64,000 nt of DNA from Octopus sinensis. Lineage: Eukaryota. Position 1 is the stretch's first letter. Each line of letters begins with the position of its first letter. Below are positions 25,401 through 38,100 of this stretch, piece by piece. The notes under the pieces are model-generated. The model did no database searches. It worked only from the letters and a program-made list of their open reading frames with translations, and was not told where the DNA came from. The DNA lies in contig NC_043014.1 in NCBI RefSeq assembly GCF_006345805.1, forward strand, positions 23,312,001-23,376,000, read 5' to 3'. The translations under genes and the position numbers were made by a program.

Positions 25401-25861
25401 TGTTTCATTTGCCTCAGTTGAAACTGGCATGTATTTCTGGTGTTTTTAAACTCACTGAGTTCAAATTCTGCCGAGGTCAAGTTTGCCTTTTATCCTTTCG
25501 GGGTCAATAAATTAAATCTAAGCTAAGTGCATTAGATTCCTTGGAAGAAAGCTTCAAATGTATATAAAACAGGGACAGAAAAACGGACAATGTTACACGA
25601 ATATGAATACGTAAAAACAATAATAATAATACATAAAAACAATAATGATAATATTAATAACAAAAACAGGACATCACAAACAGGCGTCTTTCGACAGGAC
25701 AAGTAAACTTGAGCTGGCATGTTAGGAATGTGCCTTAGAGCAGAGAGAAAATATATATATATAAGGGTCAGGTCCTTCCCAAACCACAGGCTCATAAGGC
25801 CAGTTTTCTGCATTCTGTAGCATGTATATTCTCCCTAGAGATGCCAATCTGTTACAAAATT

Positions 25862-26228
25862 ATTCTTTTACTTCAGTCATTTGACTGTGGCCATGCTGGA
25901 GCACCACTTTGAAGGACTTTTTAGTCGAAGAAATCGGTCCCAGGGCATTTTCCTTTTTAGGCTTAGTACTCATTCTATCAATCTCTTTTGCCAAACCACT
26001 AAGTTGCAGGGATGTAAACACACCAACACCAGTTGTCAAGCAGTGATGGGGGGGTCAAAAAGAGACACACATATTGATACATACATACACACACACAATG
26101 CATCCACCAAATCCACACGCAAAGTTTTGGTTGATCTGAGGGTATAGCTACTTGCCCAAGGTGCCGTGCAGCGGGACTGAACCTGGAACCATGTGGTTGG
26201 GAAGCAAGCTTCTTATCACACAGCCATA
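25862..26228 (-). mobile_element. SINE family A
   Basis: Head and CAGTCATTTGACTG tail as in the other family A copies. Confidence 0.85.
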
Positions 26229-27302
26229 GCACAATGTGAAATGAAATATTTTGCTCAAGAACACAATTCATGGCCTGGTCCAGGAATCAAAACCACAATC
26301 TTACAATCAGAAGTGGAACATCCTAACCAGTAAGCCACACACACACACATTTTTGATATGCACTCACACTTGTGTACTTGTGTGTATACAGATATACGTA
26401 TATAGATATACTTAATGAGAAACAGTGAGATAGAGGAAAAGGCGAAGAAGGAAGTATGGTGCAGACTATATTATATCAGTTAGCTGGGCATCAGGCATTA
26501 ATAATGGTTAAAGAACTGGCTGGGCAATATTATTCATGCCTAGCAGACATTAATGAGAAGTGACATTTCTGGCTAATGAAGGGGCATTTGGGTTGCCATT
26601 GGCATCGTGTTAGCATTGCAACCACCCCCATCTCTCTCTCTCGCTTCTTTGCGTAAAAATATACATACATATGTGTATTTGTATGAAGTATGCTTGTGCA
26701 TGTATATATGTGTCTATATATATATATGAGTATGTGTATGTATCTAAACATGTATGTGTTTGTGTGTTGTCATCATCATTTTAATGTTCACTTTTCCATG
26801 CTTGCATTGATGAGACAGAATTCATTAAGTCACATTTTCTACTGCTGGATGCTCTTGCAGTTACTAACTCTTACTTCTTTCCAAGTAAAGCAATTTCCCC
26901 CATGGCCTGACCTGTTTTTACTGAAGATTGAAGACAACACTGCTTGTATGATTGTGAGACTTGTTTACAAATATTGCAGATCACACATATATGTATATCT
27001 CCAGGCATGGCTTTGAGGAGCTTAAGAAATTTACTTATAATGCTCCAAAGTTACACTAATTTGGAGCATCATAAGTACGACTTAGTATATATTTTGAACT
27101 CCGAAGTTTTAACCAAACCTTTTTCATTTTTCTTCAGTCAATTACCATCTATATTCTTTTTAGATTTCAAATGCTTAGAATTTTGCTCATGGAGCCTTAT
27201 ATATATCTTGCCTATTTGTATTGAGTTAGCACACCTATGGAGTGTTATAAATATCACTAAGCATTTCACCCAGTGTGCTGACAATTCTGCCAGCTTGCTG
27301 CC

Positions 27303-27339
<37 letters not shown>

Positions 27340-27341
<2 letters not shown>

Positions 27342-27680
27342 GTGGCTGTGTGGTAAGAAGCTTGCTTCCCAGTCACATGATTCCAGGTTCAATCTCACTG
27401 CATGGCACCTTAGGAAAATGTTTTCTACTATAGTATCGGGCCAACCAAAACCTTGTGTGTAGATTTGGTAGATGGAAACTGAAAGAAGCTCGTCATATAT
27501 ATATATGTGTGTGTGTCTTTGTGTCTGTGTTTGCCCCATCCACCCCTTATTACTTGACAACCAGTGGTGGTGTGTTTGCATGTCTGTAACTTAAAAAATA
27601 AGTCATGTAACTAAAAATTCAGGATGGTGCCCTATCATGGCCACAGTCTAATGACTCAAAGAAGTAAAAGATAAAAGACA
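27340..27680 (+). mobile_element. SINE family A
   Basis: TGGCTGTGTGGTAAG head; tail GAAGTAAAAGATAAAAG. Confidence 0.8.
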
Positions 27681-28281
27681 TTATTTATATTGCATATCTA
27701 TATATGTGGTATATAATTTTAAAACGTGTTCATTTATTGAAATGGCCATATTACCAATTTGAATTTCTCTTTTTGTCATTAGCCAGCTGGACGTAATTTC
27801 TCTCGCCTCTTGAAATTTTTTCTCATTTACTATTTTTCTCTTCTATTTATTGTATATCCTTTCAAAATTTCTCCCAGGCATTACCCATTACAATCTGTCT
27901 TGGCCTAATGGCCCTTAATGTCTGTCTTTGTTGATTGTTTCTCTGTACGTCCACTCTAGAGTCATTTGTTCATTCGAAGCCCTAACTCTCCATAAATTTT
28001 ATATTTTAAAAATTTCTGGATGCTGCTGTCTTATGAAGTTTTCCTGTCTTGATGTTGAAAGCTTGAAATAGGTAGTAATAAACAGTCGACAACTGAGGAG
28101 GAGTTAGACTTCCTTTGGTATTTTGTCCTGTACTTATCTCTGTGTGTTTACATATTTTTCACTTATTGGTGATATCCTGTACTTATTGTGTATTTTTTTT
28201 TTGTATTCTTTGCTTTTGTCCTGTACTTATCTCGTGTGTGTTTATGTATTTTTCACTCACTGGTGAGGTCCTGTACTTAAT

Positions 28282-28648
28282 GTGTGGTAAGTAGCTTGCT
28301 TACCAACCATATGGTTCCGGGTTCAGTCCCACTGTGTGGCACCTTGGGCAAGTGTCTTCTACTATAGCCACAGGCCAACCAAAGCTTTGTGAGTAGATTT
28401 GGTAGATGGAAACTGAAAGAAGCCTGTCATATATATGTGTGTGTGTTTGTGTGCCTGTGTTTGTCCCTCCAACATCGCTTGACAACTGATAGTGGTGTGT
28501 TTACGTCCCCATAAGTTAGCAGTTCAGCAAAAGAGACTGATAGAATAAGTACAAGGCTTACAAAGAATAAGTTCTGGGGTTGATTTGCTCAACTAAAGGT
28601 GGTGCTACAGCATGACCACAGTCAAATGAGCGAAACAAGTAAAAGAGA
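28282..28648 (+). mobile_element. SINE family A
   Basis: Head GGGTTCAGTCCC; tail GAAACAAGTAAAAGAG. Confidence 0.85.
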
Positions 28649-28649
28649 A

Positions 28650-31600
28650 TATATATATATATATATAAACTGAGAATGTGTGTCTGTCTGTCTGTGTGTT
28701 TCCCCAAAACTTGAGAACTACACAACCAATTTCGTTCAAATTTTACACATGCCTTACTTAAGGTCCGGGGAGTGTCATTGGCAAAAAAAAACATCTTAAC
28801 TTTTTCCCTAGGGCGACCCCACAGCAATATCATATCTTCTCCACTATTTCAGTATTACGTGTTAAAAGTGAAACAAAAACATCTCTCTTTTGTAATGCAG
28901 ACACTTTCATTTTAATACTGAAACTATTAAAGTGAAAGTATTATATAACAGGGATGAACCATTAACAGGTGGTCATCCATTTTGCTAGAAGATCCGCTAT
29001 GGTCTTATCTGCTACACCACTGGTTTTCAATTCATATTAATCAAATTAATGTTCAATTTTTCACCCTTATTATGTGTGTGTGTGTGTGTGTATTAGCAAT
29101 TCGTATAAAATTGCATCAATGACTTGAACTTGAATAAGTGGTTTCACATAAATGGGGATAAATTAAAAAGGTTTGTTGTTATTATTATTACTGTTTGACT
29201 ATTGTAATCACGTTTGTTGGTTCCTCGTAAGGGAAACGTTGTTGTGTTGCATTTGTTAAATAATTGTAAACCGTAACCCTCCCCCTTTCGGAGAAGGGGC
29301 TTTGGTTATTGTTTAAAAATCTAATCGTGTCCCTGTTTGGGGAAATTGACAATATTTTCATCATCTTTACGGAAGCATTTTTGTTAAAATACCTTCGCTA
29401 GAAGAAATTCCAACAATGAATTTCGCTGCAGCCGTACACTTCTGTACAAGAGGGAGGACACGATCCAATTGATCGAAATTGCAAGAGACGGGCCTACAAT
29501 TCCAGTCTGTTATATATTTTGAGTATTGTTATCACTAACAATATCAAGATATAACTTTGTATTTTGTATTTTATGTGTAGATGTATATATATAGATGTAC
29601 ATGTAATATGTACACATATATATTCACATATATACATGCATAATATATCTACCCATACACACATACGCACACACACACACATACATAGGGGCAAGTGTGG
29701 CTGTGTGATAACAAACTACGTTCCAAACACATGGTCCTGGGTTCAGTCCCACTGTGTGGTGACTTGGCATGTGTCTTCTGCTGTAGCCTCAGACCAACAA
29801 AAGCCGGATCCATTTGCTCAAACCTTGCTGTATCCACAGATTCCATCGTACTACACTTGAAATGGAAAAAAATGGGCCCCACGGAAAGCAGGTCAAAATG
29901 TTCATGGATACCCTGGCATTAAGTTTCACACTTGCCTTGAGCAAGTATACACAGTGCATCCCACTCAACAAAAGTGCTTCTACCTTCATCTACTACTGCA
30001 TGAGGTCAGAGGGCCAACATCTTTCCAGGCCCTAAAAACCGTTCATGGACATGTCTGCACAACATACAGAGAAGCCTGCTATCGACAAGGTCTGTTAGAA
30101 GATAGTGCACAATGGGATGCAACTTTAGGAGAGGCTGCTTTATCACAATCACCTAAAAGTCTCAGGGCACTATTTGCAGTATTACTACAGGCATGGGAAC
30201 TGTGTGAACTGGCCACTCTATGGCTCAAATATAGAGACAACCTGGCTGAAGACTTTCAGCGCCAAGCTCAACTGCTCTATCCTGACATGGAGGGTATCAG
30301 CAATGAAATCTATATCAAAACACTCATTCACATTGAAGATAGAATTGCTAAACTGGGTGGAAATGAATTGTCGACGTATGGCCTGCCACAAGTATTCAGG
30401 TCAGGGTCAAATAGCCTTCCCACTGCTGTCATTCGTGAAACAACCTACGACACTCAAGCGCTTTCAAAGTACATTGTTGAAAATGAGCCTAAATTACTTC
30501 CGGACCAGCTGCAGGCCTACAGAACTATTCTTAACAGTGTACGCCAACGCGAGGGACGAATCTTCTTCCTCGATGCTCCTGGAGGGACAGGAAAAACATT
30601 TATTACAAAGCTTCTCCTTGCAGAAGTTAGGCAGCATCAGGGCATTGCAGTAGCTATAGTCTCCTCTGGCATTGCAGCTACTTTGTTACCTGGTGGCAGG
30701 ACAGCACACTCAACTTTTAAACTCCCTCTCAATTTAGCAGCATCCGAAATGCCTTCATGCAACATCAACAAAAGCTCAGATCAGGGACAAGTACTTAAAA
30801 TGTGTCATCTAATTGTCTGGGATGAGTGCACTATGGCTCACAAGGGAGCTTTGGAAGCATTAGATAGAGCCCTGAAAGACATCCGAGACTGCCAGGCTCC
30901 AATGGGAGGTGTAACGCTTCTGTTGTCAGGTGATTTCAGGCAAACTCTTCTTGTCATTCTGAAAGGCACTAGTGCAGATGAAGTCCAAGCATGCCTAAAG
31001 TCCTCTACCCTGTGGCATCATGTTACAATCCTCAATCTCACCACTAACATGAGAGCTCAGCTACTCGGCAACAAAATGTCCACAAAGTTTGCATAGGACA
31101 TTTTGACACTTGATGCTGCAGGACAAATGGAAGTGTGGTCATTTTCCTCTGTTGTTAATTCTATAGATGACCTCAAAAACAAAGTCTTTCCCAACTTCAC
31201 ACAAAACTACCAAAATCACAATTGGCTGTGTGAAAGACCAATATTAGCTCCCAAAAACATCGCTGTTAACAAAATTAATCAACAGCTAATGCATTCTCTT
31301 CCCGGCACTATACACACTTACAAGTCTGTTGATACAATTCCAGATATAAATGAAGTTGTGAACTATCCTCCTGAATTTCTCAATTCACTGGAGCCTCCTG
31401 GACTATCTCCACAAATATTAGCACTTAAAGTTGGAACTCCTGTAATGCCACTCCGCAATCTGGAACCACCAAGACTTTGCAATGGAACACGACTGGTGAT
31501 AAAGAAAATTATGTCACACATTATCGAGGTGATCATTCTTTCTGGATGTGGAAAAGGTAATGACGTCTTTATTCTAAGAATTCCTTTTACTCCATCAGGA

Positions 31601-32036
31601 GCAGAAATTCCATTTACATTCAGAAGACTGCAATTCCCCCTTCGTGTCAGCTTAGCCATGTCCATTAACAAATCTCAGGGTCAAACTCTCTCTGTAGCTG
31701 GTCTTCTCTTGGAAGAGTCCTGCTTCTCGCATGGGCAACTGTATGTTGGCTGCTCAAGAGTAGGAACCAAAAGAAACCGTTTTGTATATGCTCCACAAGG
31801 AAAAACAAGGAACATTGTTTACAACGAAGTGTTATAATATCAACAGTCAGGAGGTATATACATGATCCCCTTTTTTTTAACAAACTTCATGTACTTTCAT
31901 GTATTTATATTAATATACATATATATATATATATACATATATATATATGTGTGTGTGTGTGTTTATCCATATATATAACAGAAAAATCTAATTCTTCAAT
32001 TGAATGTAACTGGACAACTCCGGGTATCTCTGCTAG
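28650..32036 (+). mobile_element. Defective Helitron: 5' end, PIF1-type helicase region and 3' CTAG end; Rep domain deleted
   Basis: DAPGGTGKTF (Walker A), IVWDE, GDFRQ, CNGTRL, SINKSQGQT, HGQLYVGCSRV. One in-frame TAG at 31094-31096. Degenerate 3' hairpin followed by CTAG|T at 32033-32037. Confidence 0.9.
29688..29805 (+). mobile_element. SINE family A 5' part, nested in the Helitron
   Basis: TGGCTGTGTGAT..GGGTTCAGTCCC; stops abruptly where Helitron coding sequence resumes (GGATCCATTTGC, DPFAQTLLYP). Confidence 0.8.
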
Positions 32037-32261
32037 TATGTATATATATGCACTAAACACACATCTTATAGTGGAAACAGCTGTAAGCTAACAAAGTTCA
32101 TAAGCTAATCAGTTATTCCTTTGTCATCTCCTTTCTTACATATGTGTGAGTGTGTGTATATATACATACATACATACATATATATATATATGTTTTTTTT
32201 TTGGTACTTGTTTCAGTCATTTGACTGCGGCCATGCTGGAGCACCGCCTTTTTTATGTATG

Positions 32262-32298
<37 letters not shown>

Positions 32299-32829
32299 GT
32301 CTGGGGAGAGTCATTTTCTTTTTGTGCCTTATTATTTAACACATTCACCGGTAAAACTTCCACTTTTTTTTCTTATTTTTATTTTCCTAAAATTTTCGTT
32401 GCGTCTTGCAACCTTTTCAATAGTTTTGACTCTGTCCGTTATTTACACTGCATTCCCTTTTGTTTGTTTGTGCTCATGTGTGTGGGTCAGTGTGTGTGTG
32501 TGCCTATACATGCATGCATGTACGTATGTATGTGTGTGTGTGTTTGCATGTGTATATATGTGTGTATATGTATATATGTATGTATGTGCATCTGTATGTA
32601 CGTATCCTGTATATTTATGTGCTTGCCTGTCCGCGTTTGTGTGTTTTCTATGTATGTGTATGTGAGCATGTGTTTGTATATCTATGCACCTGTCTCCTTG
32701 TATGTGCATGTCTGTGTGTGTGTGTGTGTTATGCAACTATGTTTCATGTTTGTATGTATGGGTGTGCATCTTTATATGTGTGGATCCGTGTCTCCATATG
32801 TGTCACACACACACACATATATATATATG

Positions 32830-33055
32830 TTTTTGTTTTGTTTTGTTTTTCCAGTTTCAGCTCTTGAGCTGTGGCCATGCTGGGGCACCGCCATTGTGGT
32901 GAAAGAGTACAGCAGGGATCACCACCCCCTGCCGGAGCCTCGTAGAGCTTTTAGGTGTTTTCGCTCAATAAACACACACAACGCCCAGTCTGAGAATCGA
33001 AACCGCGATCCTGCGACCGCGAGTCCGCTGCCCTAACCACTAGGCCATTGCGCCT
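32830..33055 (-). mobile_element. tRNA-derived SINE family C with CR1-type tail
   Basis: Minus strand: box A TGGCCTAGTGG, box B GGTTTCGATTC; tail GGCGGTGCCCCAGCATGGCCACAGCTCAAGAGCTGAAAC. Confidence 0.8.
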
Positions 33056-33074
33056 ATATATATATATATATATA

Positions 33075-33211
<137 letters not shown>

Positions 33212-33288
33212 TATATTATATATACCTATATATATATATATAATATATATATATTAATATAATTCTGTGCATCTAGAATTAGGAAGGC

Positions 33289-33368
33289 GTCCCGCTGACG
33301 AACCTTGCCTTGGCAAACATATTCTGTCTGTTTTGCTAGAAAGAGGTAGAAACTGATCAGTCCGGGAT
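33289..33368 (+). ncRNA. Type I hammerhead ribozyme, predicted
   Basis: Stem I GTCCCG/CGGGAT; core CTGACGA; stem II ACCT...AGGT; GAAAC; palindromic ACTGATCAGT stem III; GUC cleavage triplet. Confidence 0.75.
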
Positions 33369-33563
33369 ATATCGTTAATGGTAAATGTTTTTGAATTTCA
33401 CTCTCTCCATGAATTTATCCCTCTTTGTGTCTCTAGCACTAAGCTTCTTTATTTTGGAGCCTTTTATTATATTTCTATATGAATAATATTTTGTCTAATG
33501 ACTAATTCGTCTTTTGTGCTAGGCCACAAATAATAACCTATGTTATTACCCTTTTTGATTATG

Positions 33564-33602
<39 letters not shown>

Positions 33603-33654
33603 ATATATATATATTATATATATATATACACACAGATATATATATACATACATA

Positions 33655-33965
33655 TATTATGGCTGCCCCCTCGTTATCGAGTATGGTCATTGCACGAAGC
33701 TTAACTGTTACTGGTGCTGTGATCGAATGTGACTTTTTAGCCCAACTAAAGATCTACAATGTCTTGTACAGAATTGGCAACTAAAACCTTTACCAGTAAT
33801 AGCTGGCTGTAGTTGTAACTGGGCTTCATGTACCTTTGCATGTCGTTTCAGTCCTCCTGTCGAATTACACTCTCTTCCACATGCGCGACAGATATCATTA
33901 GTATGGTGTGTTACACCACCACCAGTGGCCAGGTTGTCGCTCATCTGTCTCACTTTAGAATAGTT
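33655..33965 (-). mobile_element. RTE/BovB-like 3' end with two C2H2-like zinc fingers
   Basis: CRACGRECNSTGGLKRHAKVH and CQFCTRHCRSLVGLKSHIRSQH, followed by a short 3' UTR. Confidence 0.6.
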
Positions 33966-33984
33966 GCATAACACACACACACAC

Positions 33985-34545
33985 AGAACCACCAAAGTTG
34001 GAAGAAGTTGCAATGGCTGTCTCAAAGTTGAATAATGGGAAGTCTCCGGGTATAGATGGCATACATGCGGAGTTGTTACAGCATGGTGGTGTAAAACTTC
34101 TGCAGAAACTTCACTCTTTGTTCAGTAAGATATGGCCTAGTGAATCTGTACTTGAGCACTGGAGAGATGCAGTAATGGTGGTCCTGTATAAGGGAAAGGG
34201 CAACAGGAATGATTGTGGTAATTATAGGGGAGTATCATTGCTGTCTGCCGTAGGAAAGGTTTTATGCAGGATACTTCTGGATCGTCTGCTGAAATACATT
34301 GCAGATTGTGTTCTTCCAGAAAGTCAATCTCGCTTTCATGTGGGACGTGGCATTGCTGATATGATCTTTTCAGCTAGACAGCTTCAGGAGAAGTGTGTGG
34401 GACAGGGTCTGGATTTGTAACAGGTTTTTGTCGATCTGACAAAAGCTTTTGATACCCTCAATAGAAAAGCATTGTGGAAAGTCCTCCAGAAACTTGGGTG
34501 TCCTGAAAAGTCCCTTGCTTTGGTTAGGTCTTTTCATGAAGACAT
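33985..34545 (+). mobile_element. RTE/BovB-like RT fragment
   Basis: GKSPGIDGIHAE, NYRGVSLLS, LPESQSRF, RQLQEK, FVDLTKAFD. Confidence 0.85.
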
Positions 34546-34571
34546 ATATATATATGTATATATATAGTATG

Positions 34572-34652
<81 letters not shown>

Positions 34653-34834
34653 GATATATATATATATAATATATATATATATATACATATATTTATTATA
34701 TATATATATGACTGGGCCTGATGAAGCCTTCCGGCTTCACAGACCCCAGTTAAGCCGTCCAACCCATGCTAGCATGGAAAAGGACGCTAAATGATGATGA
34801 TGATGATAATGATATACATACACATACATATATA

Positions 34835-34898
<64 letters not shown>

Positions 34899-35039
34899 TA
34901 TATACACATATATATATATATACATATATATATACAATATATATATATATATATAATATATATATATATATTATATTATATACATGTATATATATATATT
35001 ATATATATATATATATGTATATATTATATATATTATATA

Positions 35040-35078
<39 letters not shown>

Positions 35079-35107
35079 ATATATATATATATATATACAT
35101 GTATATA
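34546..35107. repeat. (TA)n-rich microsatellites flanking an RTE-tail fragment (34710-34810)
   Basis: Seen directly. Confidence 0.9.
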
Positions 35108-38100
35108 CTCTTTTACTCTTTTACTTGTTTCAGCCATCCGGCTGAGGCCATGCTGGGGCACCGCCCTTGTTGCTACCCTCTCTAAGTCCAGTTTGCCGTG
35201 GCTGGCCACTGATCTAAGAGAGAGTTTGTAGCTGCTGCCCTTAGGTTACCTTCGTACCTTGCAGTGGGTTCATCTGGGATCCCGGAAAGCAGCTTGTCTA
35301 GATGTTTTTTGAAAATGTCCACATCCGCATCATGTAGATCTCTTAGTTTTCTTGGCAGTTTGTTGAACAGCTGAGGGCCCCTGAACCCCAGGCTATTACA
35401 GTATCTGCTCCTTACCCTGGATGTGGAAGACGGGACCTTTGGCACCACACAGTGACGACCTGTACGGGGATTGGAACAGCTCTCAATTCCAAAATTGGTG
35501 CTAGTCCCTCCAGGATTTTCCATATGTATATCACTGCATATCTCTCTCGTCTTCGTTCCAAGGAGTACAAATTGAGTTCCCTAAGCCTCTCCCAATAGTT
35601 CTTTTCTTTCATGGTGGAAATCCTCTTGGTGAAATGTCTTTGGATTGTCTCAAGCTCTGTGGTTAGTTTGACACTATGCGGTGACCACAGTTGGGAGCAG
35701 TAGTCTAGGCGGCTTAGGACAAATGTCCTCCATAGTGTCAACATGGTCTCGCAGTCTCTTGTCCGGAATGTCCTCAGGATCCAGCCAGTGAGTCGTCTGC
35801 ACATTGTCGCCACCTTCGCGATGTGTGAAGAAAAAGATACATCGTCACTCATGTCTATCCCCAGGTCCCGTATTGATTTCGATACTGGGATTTCGATCCC
35901 TCCTGGACCAGTATAGTTGTGTTGTAATGTATATGTGTTTACAGCTTGATATTGTAAGGCTTGAAATTTACCAGCATTAAATTGCATGTTGTTTTCTTCA
36001 GCCCATTTGTATATGGCATCCAGATCTTGTTGTAAAAGGTCAGCATCAGCTGGGTTTTTAATTGCCTGTGCTACCTTTGTGTCATCAGCATAGCTAGTGA
36101 GGGATGTTGTTTGTGCTACCAAGGGCATGTCAGAGAGCGCCACCAAAAACAGCAAGGGTCCCAAGACTGTGCCCTGTGGCACCCCGCTTGCTATTGGTGT
36201 CTTTCCCGAGAGGGCTCCATTGGCTGCAACCATCTGGCTTCTGTCCTTCAGGAAGTCATGTATCCACTCACCTACTTTTCCTGTTATGCCGAGTCTGAGT
36301 AATTTGTGACATATCACTCCGTGGTCGACTTTGTCAAAGGCCTTCGCAAAGTCGAGATATACCACATCCACCTGTGAGCGATCCAGTAGTTGTTTCAGTA
36401 CCCAGTCGTAGTGTTGTAACAGCTGCGTAAGGCAGCTTCTTCCTGGGCGAAAGCCATGCTGTGTGTCAGTGAGACGGTTAGTTTCTTCGAGGAACGTGAT
36501 CAGTTTTTTTCTGATGATTCGTTCCATGACCTTACTTATGTGTGACGTCAGGGAGACTGGCCTGTAGTTTTTGGCCTCTGCTCTACTCCCTCCTTTGTGG
36601 ATAGGGCATATGGTGCCTTCTTTTAGCGCCCTGGGCAGTTTACCGTTAGCCAAGGAACCACTGAAGAGCATCCTCAGTGGTCCCGCTAGGGCATGCCTGC
36701 ATGTTTTTAGGAGGACTGCTGGGAATCCATCTGGTCCAGCAGCTGAGTTTATTCTCATTTCTTCTATGGCAGATATTACATCCCTCTCTGTTATGTCTAT
36801 GTGGTCGATGGTTGTTGTTTGGTTTTGGAGTGTTGTGGCATCAAAGAAAACTTCTGGGTTTGTGATTTGCATGTGCCCCAGAGGGGATGTGAACACACTT
36901 TTATACTGTTCCTTTAGTATTTCACTTATCCCTTGGGGGTCCTCAGTTAGAGAGCCCTTTTTATCAAAGAGTGGGCCAATCTTGCAGTGTACCGAGGTGG
37001 TTTCTTTCGCAAATTTAAAGAAAGCTTTAGGGTTTGTTTTAATATTCTCTATGGCCCTGGCTTCTCTCTCTGCCCTCTCCTTCTCATAGGAAAGTTTGAG
37101 TGCAGTTTCCGTTTCAAAAAGTTTCAGGTGGAGTCCCTTATTGTTTCTCTGCCGTGCATTCAGTTGCTTCGAGAGCTTAGCTCTTCGCCTCATAAGTATT
37201 TTCCTGTCTCTGGGAATAACGTTCCTATGCCCGCTGGCTTTTTTCTCCGGGACAAACTTATGGCATATGTTCTGTATTGTTGTCATGAAATGTTGGAAAT
37301 GTGTGTTGGTCTCTTGTGTGGTGATGAAGTCACTCCAGTCATGTTTTCGGATCTCTTCGTTGATCTTCTTCCAGTTTGCCTTATGGAAGTTTAGACTGGA
37401 TAGGCCTGTGGTATTTTCTAATGGCTGCGTCTCAACTAACTCTCTCATACCATATATCATTACCTCTACTAAGTTGTGATCTGAGAGAATTGTAGGTGTT
37501 ACCATTATGTTGTGGATGAGCATCGGGTTGCTTGTGAAACAGAGGTCCAAGACATTCTCACCTCTTGTTGGCCGAAGCACTGCTTGTTCCATGAAAAACT
37601 TGCGTGTGAGAGCCAACAAGGACTCTGTCTGTCTCTGTTCAAGTGATGTCATTCCAGGGAGGAGATGGCCATCTGGCCATTTGACTTTCGGAAGGTTAAA
37701 ATCTCCCAGCAGTAGAATGGTGTTACCCTGGTCCAGTTTGTCCAGGACTTCTTCTATTCTTCTGAGGCTATCTTCAAACACTCCTTCATGACTAGGGGTG
37801 TCTGGTGGCCGATATGTGACACATATTACTATTTTCGGTTGTTTCATGTGTACTATCAGTGTGTCACAGACTGAGTTTGAGTGTGTCAACAGTACTATGG
37901 GTGTGACATCTTCACGGACGTACAGGGCAACCCCACCATGAGTTCTTTCCTTCCTGTCTGACCGAAAAACAGTATACTTTGGTACGTGTATTTCTGCATC
38001 TGCTATACTGCTTGACAGGTGCGTTTCAGTCAGCGCTATGCATATTGCATGGTTGCTTGTGCTTAAGTCCCTAAGGTAAGGAATTTTACTCATATTAGTG

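Noticed and set aside
27730-27970. Non-repetitive island with TAAT and ACAAT/CTTTGT motifs as an enhancer
   Set aside because: Such short motifs are expected by chance in AT-rich DNA; cross-species alignment would be needed to support it.
28093-28115. CTGAGGA followed by a GGAG..CTTCC hairpin, as a hammerhead
   Set aside because: No GAAA, stem III or stem I partner follows; at most a decayed remnant.
33000-33055. tRNA-like sequences (also at 1330-1388, 16105-16175 and others)
   Set aside because: They have box A/B but no complete cloverleaf and run into SINE bodies.
34718-34740. CTGATGA-AGCC-TTCC-GGCT as a hammerhead
   Set aside because: No GAAA follows; it is a mutated RTE tail segment (CTGGTGCAGCC in other copies).
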